DNA from: an uncultured bacterium
GTDB taxonomy: Bacteria; Omnitrophota; Omnitrophia; Omnitrophales; Aquincolibacteriaceae
Assembly (NCBI GenBank): GCA_964385615.1
Contig: CAYLPP010000001.1
Coordinates: 185,566 to 249,565 of the forward strand
Direction of reading: 5' to 3'
DNA length: 64,000 nucleotides
The translations under genes and the position numbers were made by a program. Under the pieces are notes generated by a model that worked only from the letters and a program-made list of their open reading frames with translations, was not told where the DNA came from and ran no database searches. The number at the start of each line of letters is the position of its first letter. The stretch's first letter is position 1. Positions 24,697 through 33,600 of this stretch are shown here, piece after piece.

Positions 24697-27600
24697 ATGA
24701 AAAAAATTGTAGCCCTTGTCACAGCCATTACCTTCTCTTTTTCCGGCCATTCCACTTATGCCGCGCCTTTCCCCCAGATGGAAACCGCGGCGGATCTTCC
24801 TGCCGGGCAATGGATCAACCCCCTCACGATTTCATTCCCCCCACCCATCGGTGAAATTAAGGAAAAATTCGAGGGGCAAAATAAGCGCTTGGTAGTTCTC
24901 ATCCAGGATGCTCACGCGATCCCTGACGCGCAAAAAAATATCCGTCACTTGATTGAATATTCTGAAAAGAACTATCAAATACCCTTGGTGGCGCTTGAAG
25001 GCTCCGCCTCGGGCATGGACTCCTTTCTTTTTAAAACATTCCCCGATCAAAAGCTTTTGCGGAAAGTACTTGAAGACTATTTTGAAAAAGGAGAGCTCGC
25101 CGGCGGAACCGCCGCCGCCATTTTAAATAACTCCTCAAGCCTTTATCACGGCATTGAAGAATGGTCCTTATACGAAGAAGGTCTCCGAGATTTCCTCAAC
25201 GCCATGGCGCATGAACAGGATATAAATTCGGAGTTAGCGTCTAGAGTTCAAGAGCTGAGGGAGGATAAAGCGAGAACCTATTCAAAAAATCTTCTGGCTC
25301 TGGATCAGGAATTAGAAAAGTTCCGTGAGAACATCGCCGATTTCATCTCAACCCTTAAAGCACTAGCGGCCGTCAAACCTCCTGAAAAAAATTCGCATCT
25401 GGCTTTACTCCTGGAAGAATCCGTTCGGGAAGAGGGAAACGATTCCATCCTAGGTATTGAAATTCAAAAGGCAGCCTCTTTCATACGGCAGAATTTAGAA
25501 AAAACTCACTCCGAAGAATCCCGGAAGGATTTGCGGACATTCCATGAGCAATCCCAAAATTTCAAAACCTCTCATATCTCCGCGCAAGATTTCGCTTTGT
25601 TTTTAAAGGAGCTTTCAAAAAAGCACCATATTCGGGTCCGGGTTTCTTCAAAACTCAATCAACTTACGGTCCGTCAAAAAAGAATAAAAGATATCGAGGG
25701 AACAAAACTCTTTGAGGACTTTGAAAAATACTCGCAGTCAGTAAAAGAAACGCTCTTTAACAGCCTGGAAGAAAGACACCTGGACCAAAGAAGTCATCAA
25801 ATTGATTTGCTCACGCGCCTTCAAAAACTCGAGCTCTCCCCTAAAGATTGGGCGGAAATTAAAAATCTCACGGCCGAAGCCGGCTATTGGGATATTCGCT
25901 TCGACAGGGTAAACGAAGGGCAGGATATCTCGAGCCTACTCTCAAACATGAAACCCAACCTTGACTTCTACCAAAACGCGGAAAAACGCACCCAAAGCTT
26001 TCTAAAACAAACCGTGCGACTAATGCTGAAAGACAAGACCCAGACGGCCGTGCTGGTCGCAGGAGGCTTTCATGCCGAAGGCCTGACAGAGCTTTTCCGC
26101 TCCGAAGGTATTTCCTATGTTCTCGTCATGCCTAAAATAGCCCAGATCCCGGAAAACATTCATTACCGAGAACATATGCGCGGGGAGGTTTCCTGGAACC
26201 GCTATTTTCAGGTTCAAAACGGCCAAGTCAATCTTTACAACGCTTTTGTCCGAGGAACAAGAGACCGGCTTTTGGAACTATCCTCCGAGAACCCAAACGG
26301 AGTACTCAAAGCTTGGAGGGATAACATTATTCTAACTCTTGCGAAGGAAGGACGCGTTAAAGAAAGCCGTCAATATACAAAATTCATCGACGAAATCCGC
26401 TCAGCACCCGGCTCCGCCGGAGGCGGTGATCTGGCTTTGCGGTGGAAAAAAAATATCGATCAATTCATAAAGAATCTCCGCAAGCTCCATGACCAAAACG
26501 AAATCACGGAAGAAAATATCTCAAAATTATTTCAAACTGGCCTAATTCCCCCGGCCCCTGACGCTCCAGTTGTTCTCTCTCCTGGCATTAAACTTTCCGC
26601 AGAACTAATTCCCCAATTGAAGTTTTCCAAAAAAAATCAAAATCGGAACATTTTCCCTAGCACACAGCGGCGCTCCGAAATGCGGCGGACGGGAACTGCT
26701 TCTTCCAGAACAGTTCACGAAAATATTTTAAATGACTTTTTGGAAAATCCTGATCTGAAGAGCACCCTTTTTTACACTCAGGAAGCCAACGCGCTGGATC
26801 GATACCTTCTTGGGCATTCCAAAAAAGAAAAACTGAACTATGTGCGGGTTTCTCTGCGTTCACGCGCCGATCTGGCCCGTTTGATTTCCGATTTAAGAAC
26901 CGCCGCTGACGGTAAAGGTCTAAAAAACGTTCCGGGAGAACTCTGGAACGCGCTGGAAAATGGCGGGATTTTACTGATCGATTACGCAGGCTCCACTCCC
27001 GCTCTCGCTGAAGAATTCAACTCTCTTTTTGACAAAAACGCTTATTTCCAGGAACTCAAGAAAATTTTCCCTGATCTTAAAATCATCGGGGCAATGAAAC
27101 CGGAGCAAAACAACGGATATACGAACGCTCTGCAGTCGCGTTACAATCGGACCTATTTATTCGAGTTCGAAAATCCGCCCCAAAATCCTTTAGCCCCCAT
27201 TTTCGAAATGGTGAACGATGAAGATGAACTTCCCGGCGATGCTGTAGTCATTGATCTCTTTGACGGCGACCCTTTTGACACAAGCCTGCCGCGGCCTCTA
27301 GTCAGCGGAGTCCGTATTGACGCGCAAGGAAGAATGACTCTGGAAGAAGGCGATCTCGCGCGGGCCGTGAAAAGCGGTAAACCTATTGTCATCCGCAGGG
27401 GTAACTTCAAAGAGGGTTCCTCTCTGATGCAGTTTCTGACACGCGCCGCGGTTCTGGGGTTTCAAATAGATGGCGAGCCCTACACTCTTCCTCTGAAAAT
27501 TTATGGAATCCCACATGAATCCCCGGAAAATCAAAAAATCGCCGAAGAAAAGAAGCTGATCACTCCGGAAGAAGCCCAGGAAGGCTCACCCGAAAACGTT

Positions 27601-30600
27601 TGGACTCTCAACAGCACCAACGCGGCTTCTCTTTTTGACAGACTTCAGATTGACAGTGAAGGCCGGATAGTCCCGCTCACGCCCATGCTGAAAATTCCGG
27701 GTGTCCGGATCCGTGTCACAGGCAATCTCCCGCTTTCAATCTGGCACCGGTTGATGGAAAGTCCCGAGATCGTTCAAATTGAAATCGCTCCAAACGTGCA
27801 CGTTCCCGCACCCTACCGTAGCCAACGCTCGCAAAATCTGGTTAAATCATCAAATCAGGCTTCTTCACAAGAACAAACCTGGGAGGAAGCCGCTCCGCAA
27901 AAAGTTATCTATGTTGAAACCAGTGACTTGGGCATAACGGCGGAATCATTAAGGCAGAAATTCGGGGGTACCTCGATTTTTTCCTGGAACGTGAACCCCG
28001 ACGACACCGTAACTCATATCACCGGCGAAGTCGAAGAAATTGAGCCGGGCATTTACCGTCATACGGGAGAAAGCAACGGCACAGAAATTTTAGAAGCTCT
28101 CACGCGTGGCGAAACCGTTTTTATCACCGGTCTGGATTCCAATGCCGCGCTGGCTGAAGATCTCTCCACTTTGAACGCTCCGGAACCCTATCTTGTGATA
28201 AACGGCGAACGGCGGTTTTTGAAAGATTTCCCAGGCCGTATCATCCTCGCCTTCGCGCCTTCCATGAAGCAAAATCGTCCAGCAAAACGAGTTGTTGAAG
28301 ATGGCTCAGGCGAAAAATTAAAGTCGGTTCTTGAGCAGGAATTTAAAGAGGAGCTTACTGAGGAACGCTGGGAACAAATCAACCGGCTCAAAGAGGCTCT
28401 AGCGAAAAATTTTCCTGATGTTTCCCTAAACTGGGGACTCAACCGTATGCGCCTTTTACTGCGTCAGGTCAGGCGTTCCGGAGGAGACTGGGAGAGCGCC
28501 CTTCAGGATGTGATCGGAAATCATTTTCAGGAAGACCGTGAAAAGCGCGCTTTTGTCCGGCTTTTAATCCGCTACGTCTTTAAAATTGAGGGGAAAAACC
28601 GTAAGCCTAACACGGCCGCCTGGGAGCGTCTCCGGGAAATCATGGAAGAAAAAATGATTGAGCCCCTGACGTGGGATCACTTCGGGTGGGAAATCGCGGA
28701 TGCTTTAAGCCTGGATTTGATCCTGAAAATCTGGGATAAAGAAACTCCCAATCTCGCTCAAGGTCCTTCAAGAGCTTTCAGCGCAGTCAAACAAGCCCTT
28801 GACCCGGCCAAACCCGCCGCGGCCCCGAGTCTCGATCTTGAATTTGAAAAAGACCTTGATATTCAAGAACGTCAGCTTGATAAGGTCTATCAAATTCTCA
28901 AAAACGAGCGCGCCGCCATGATTATCGGAATCCCCGGCGTCGGCAAAAGCTACAGCGCCGATCAGCTGGCCAAAAGGCTGGGCTACTCCAAAGAACAAGT
29001 GATTAAATTGACCGTTGGAGCCGGCATAAAAGCCGATGACTTGAAGGGGAACAAAGAGTTCCAAAGAAAAGGTCTGGAGGATTGGGCCAACTCAAAAAAC
29101 GGCGGATTGCTTTTAATAGATGAAGCAAACCTGACAGACCCGGATTTCTGGAATTTTCTGCGAGGTTTTCTCTCCGGTCAGCTGACGGAAAACCACCGGA
29201 TTCTTTTCACGGGAAATCCTTATTCAATGCCCGGCCGTCAGCTTCAGAAACTCCTGCAAGAATTCGTAATCACAGTTCCTTACGAAGAATTTTCTCCGAA
29301 GTTTTTGAGAGAATGGGTAGAAACAAATCTAGACCCGGCGACACCTGAGCGTGAAGCAAGAGCAGAACTCATTTATGAAATTTATACGGCGGTCAGAAAA
29401 GTTCCTGGGATGTCAAGTGAGCTTTCACTCAGAGATTTGAGCGAATTAACCGAACGCGTTAATACTCTCCTTGAGCCTGAAGAACGCACCCGTGAAAATA
29501 TACTATGGACGGCCTGGCGCCAATTCCGCGGAATGCTGACCGTGGAACAGCGGGAAGCCTTACGGCTTTACTTGCACACAACTTTGGGCGGCACGGACCT
29601 AAATTTGAAAGAGAGAGAGGAAACCTTCCCCGAGGGAAAAGATTTCGAGCTTACCGTGATGACCGAAAGCACGGGCCGATTTTTGAACGGCATTGAAGAC
29701 GCGTTAACCATGCGGGATGCCAACATCAGGAAAGCCGCTCAAGCCCGCGGAAAAGGCACTCTTTATGAAAACAAGGGCAAGTCCGGTTTGATCGCGGAAG
29801 GACCTTCCGGACGCCTGAAAAGCGAAGGCATTGTGACTGTTTTGAAAAGCCGCGGTTTTGCGGAAGCCGAAGAAGCGCCGGCAAACTGGCCCGCCAATAA
29901 AAAGTATTACCGTGTGACCGCCTCCCCCGGCTCCGCCCAGCAGTTAATCGAACAGATCCGAAAAGCTCAGCGCGAAGGCGCGGTGGTGGTCATTGATGAA
30001 CTCAATCTTCTGCCCTCGAATTTCCTGGAAGGCATTCTTAATGATGTTCTGACGGGCGCCGCGGAACCCGGTTTTTTTCTTTTTGCAAGCATGAACACCG
30101 CGGACTTCGAAGGCCGGCAAAAATTGTCATCCGCCCTGCAGAACCGCGTGATTTATCAGCGCCTCGAACCTTACTGGCAATCCGAATTAGCCGAAATCGC
30201 CAAGAAGGACCTTTCCCCCGGAAAATCAAAGAAAGCCGCCGAGGGCCTGGCCAACCGGCTCGCACGCTTTCAGGTCTGGCTTCAGAGAAAAATTGAGGCC
30301 CCAAGCCGCCGGCCCACGGTGAGAGAACTGCGAGCCGCGGCACAAGCCATTGCTCAGGGTAAGACCTTTGAAGAAGCTGTCGAATCTGTTTACGGCACAC
30401 GTTTTTTTGAGCTTCTCCGGCCGGACGGTAAAACCGAAATTCCCGCCTCGGTATTTAGCGATTCACCCTATCCGGCAGCCAATGAAGCTGGTCAGGATTT
30501 ACTAAAGACTATTCAGATTTTTGCCGCCATGTTTTTCCCCGAGGAAATGAAATTGCCAAGAATTGAAGTCATTGAAAGCCCAACAAAAGGAGGAAGCAGG

Positions 30601-33600
30601 ATCAGCTTAACCCACACCATTCGAATCAATCGTAACAGGCTATACGGTGAAGATGAGTGGCTTGAAATCCTCCTGCATGAAATCAGTCACGGTCTTTTTA
30701 CTACGGAGGGAGGATTATTAGGCGCAGGCGATGCGATTTGGCAGGATTTGGAAGATATCCGCCATCAACGGGCATTTGAACGTTTATTCCCCAATGGGAA
30801 GTTAGGCAACGTTCCTCTTCAAGATCGATTGGAGCGGCCATCCTCCTCCGAAGAGGAATTCGCGGAAATGATCCGCAAGCGGAACTATTCAGCATTTAAA
30901 AATATTATTTTAAAAACCTCCGTTTCTCCACGCCAGATTTTTCAGCTAATTCTCACAGTCTCCGCTAGAGAGCTTGTAACGGACCAGCAATTACAAGGTT
31001 TTTTAACAGGATTGACAGAAAATGAGCCAGATGTACTAACCCTGCTTCCCGTCAATCCTTTCAGCGAAGCCCTGCCGTTTACTCAAGCGGCCAGAAACTA
31101 TGTGAAGTTTGTCCCCCATAAGGGTGCTTCCCGCTCTGAGATTGAAAGTTTTTTCAAGCAGGCTTTAGCTCAATTGGATGGGATCGAAAACGCGGCCGCC
31201 CGGCTTTCCTCAGACCCTGTTCTAGAAGCTGAAGCGGGCGAAAAAAAGCCGGCTCTGAATCAAAATCCATCGGCTTACCGCCAGCCGCCAGCAAACTTAC
31301 ACAATCTCATCGCTAAAGGCCTTCAGCAGCATATCGAAAAAGCACGTGTGCAACTAAATGAAATAAAAGACGATCTTGAAAGTCCGGAAGGCGTCACAAA
31401 AGAACGGCTTGAAGAAATCCTGGGACAATTAACAAACCCTAACCATCCTTATTCACTTGTACGGGAACTAGAAACACTTAAGGATGACGGATTGACTCAA
31501 TTAAAGCGTGCAGTTCTCGAGATAATCAAAAACCGGGCCCGATCCCAGACTGCCCTTCCCGGCAAGCCCTCTTATTTCAACTCCCTATTGGATTCCCTCA
31601 TAGCCGGGTTGATCGGGCTGGCAACTCGGACCCAGGGGCCAGAAATCGGGCCAGCCAAGAAAAAGCCCCGTCCCCCGGAAGCCGCCCCCCCCTCCCCCCG
31701 GAAAGCACGCTACGCGAGCTCCGGCCATGGTGCACACGGCGACCAAACAAAAGAAGAAGCCCCGGTCATCATTGAAGCAACAGGTCAAGTTGCGGAAAAC
31801 GCAGCGGTGCCTACCGCCGGCCTTAATCTTCCTGCGCGGGATCCCATTCTTCACGAAGTCACCCGCCAAGATGAAAGCGAAGATGCTTTTTTAAATATCC
31901 TTCAAAAATTATTTTTTAATCAAAATCTTCCTGAAGGTGATTTCGGAGCGCGTGGAGAATTTAAAATCGAACAATTTCTTCGAACCCATCAAATATCCCA
32001 ATCCCATTATTATCTGAATCCAAATGAAGCGAACCTGGTTCCGCGCCCTTTCGTATTACGTTTAGAGGGTCCTGGGGACTTCAATGGAAACCCGCTGATT
32101 TTTGAATTTTTTCATTACCTGTTTGAACGGGGATTTTCTGTCACGGTTTACTTCAATGACAAAAGACGGCAGGTCCATATCCGGGATTTTAAAACTCTAA
32201 CGGCCGCTCTCTTCCAGAGCCAGCCAGTCCCGGAAGAGGTCATCCGGCAGGATTACAAAAACCGGGGCGAAACAGCCCCGCCTATTTTTTCAATTTCACA
32301 GCTTCAGGCCATGGTAGAGGGTGAAGTTTATCTCGCCGGCATTTTACGGAAAACCGCGCGCGGGGAAGTCATTGCGGCACCGTCCGGCACTCAAATCCCT
32401 CCCGAAAAATCAGGGGCTGAATCTGCGCCAGCTCAAACACAGGAATCCTCCGAAGTCCGCAAAACACGGATTGAAGCCAGACTGCGGGATTTAATCGATA
32501 GAAAAATGCTTCCGGAATCCACCCAATATAAAGTTTCGATCCGAGATAACCTCGTTGAAGTTAGTTTTTCTGGAAATAAATTTTTTGACGATCCCCAGTG
32601 GAAACTCGCTTTACAGGCCGCTGAAGGCGTTGACAATCTGGATCTGACCGGCACCCACATTGGAGACTTAAGTCCGATCCCGCGCACCGTAAAAAAACTG
32701 GTTCTATCCTCAGCCGCACTCATTTATCACTGGGAACCCCTTAAAAATCTCCCGCTTCTTGAAGAGCTTGATTTAAGTTTTTCCATGTTCAAGGATTTGA
32801 ATTTGCTTCCACCCGGACTAAAAAAATTATACCTGGCAGGAGGAATTAGCATCACAGACGGCTGGGCGCCAATAAAAAACTTATCACAGCTGGAAGTCTT
32901 GCACGTGGGTTCCGCCGATCTTCAGGATGAAGATCTTCATTTCCTTCCCGCCAGCCTCAAAAAACTAAACATAAGAAATAACCCTGAAATCAAGAACTGG
33001 ACTCCGTTGAAATCCTTGACCCAGCTTGAAATATTAGATTTAATGAACAACAAAGCTCCAGAAGAAGATCTCTTTGAACTGTCGCCCGATCAGACAAAGG
33101 GATTTCAACTTATTGGCACTAACGGAAAGTTAAAAGGCCGGTGGCAATTCAAACAAACTCCCGCTGAGGAGCGCCTGGCCCGAATCAAAGATAATATTGA
33201 GAAAATGATCGGCAAAAAAATCTTGGCCCGCGATCAGGTGCCGGTTATTAGACTTTTTAAAGGAAGAGTTCAGGTTCATTTATCTAAGATATTCAAGATC
33301 CCCGAAGCCTGGGAAACTGTACTCAAAGCTTTGGAGGGTGTGGATGAATTAGTTCTGTCAGATACGAACATTATTGATTTAAGTTCAATTCCGGCCAGTG
33401 TCAAAAAATTATCCCTATGGAATTCCAAGAACGTCCCGGATTGGACTCCGCTTAGGGAGTTGCCTCATCTTGAGCAGCTAAGTTTACGCGGAACCCCATT
33501 TTCCGTAACCATCCTACTCGAACCATCGCTTGATCCCGCAAAAGGATTTCAGCTTTTAGATACTCAGGAAGATCCAACCGTTCGCTGGCAATTTAAAAAA

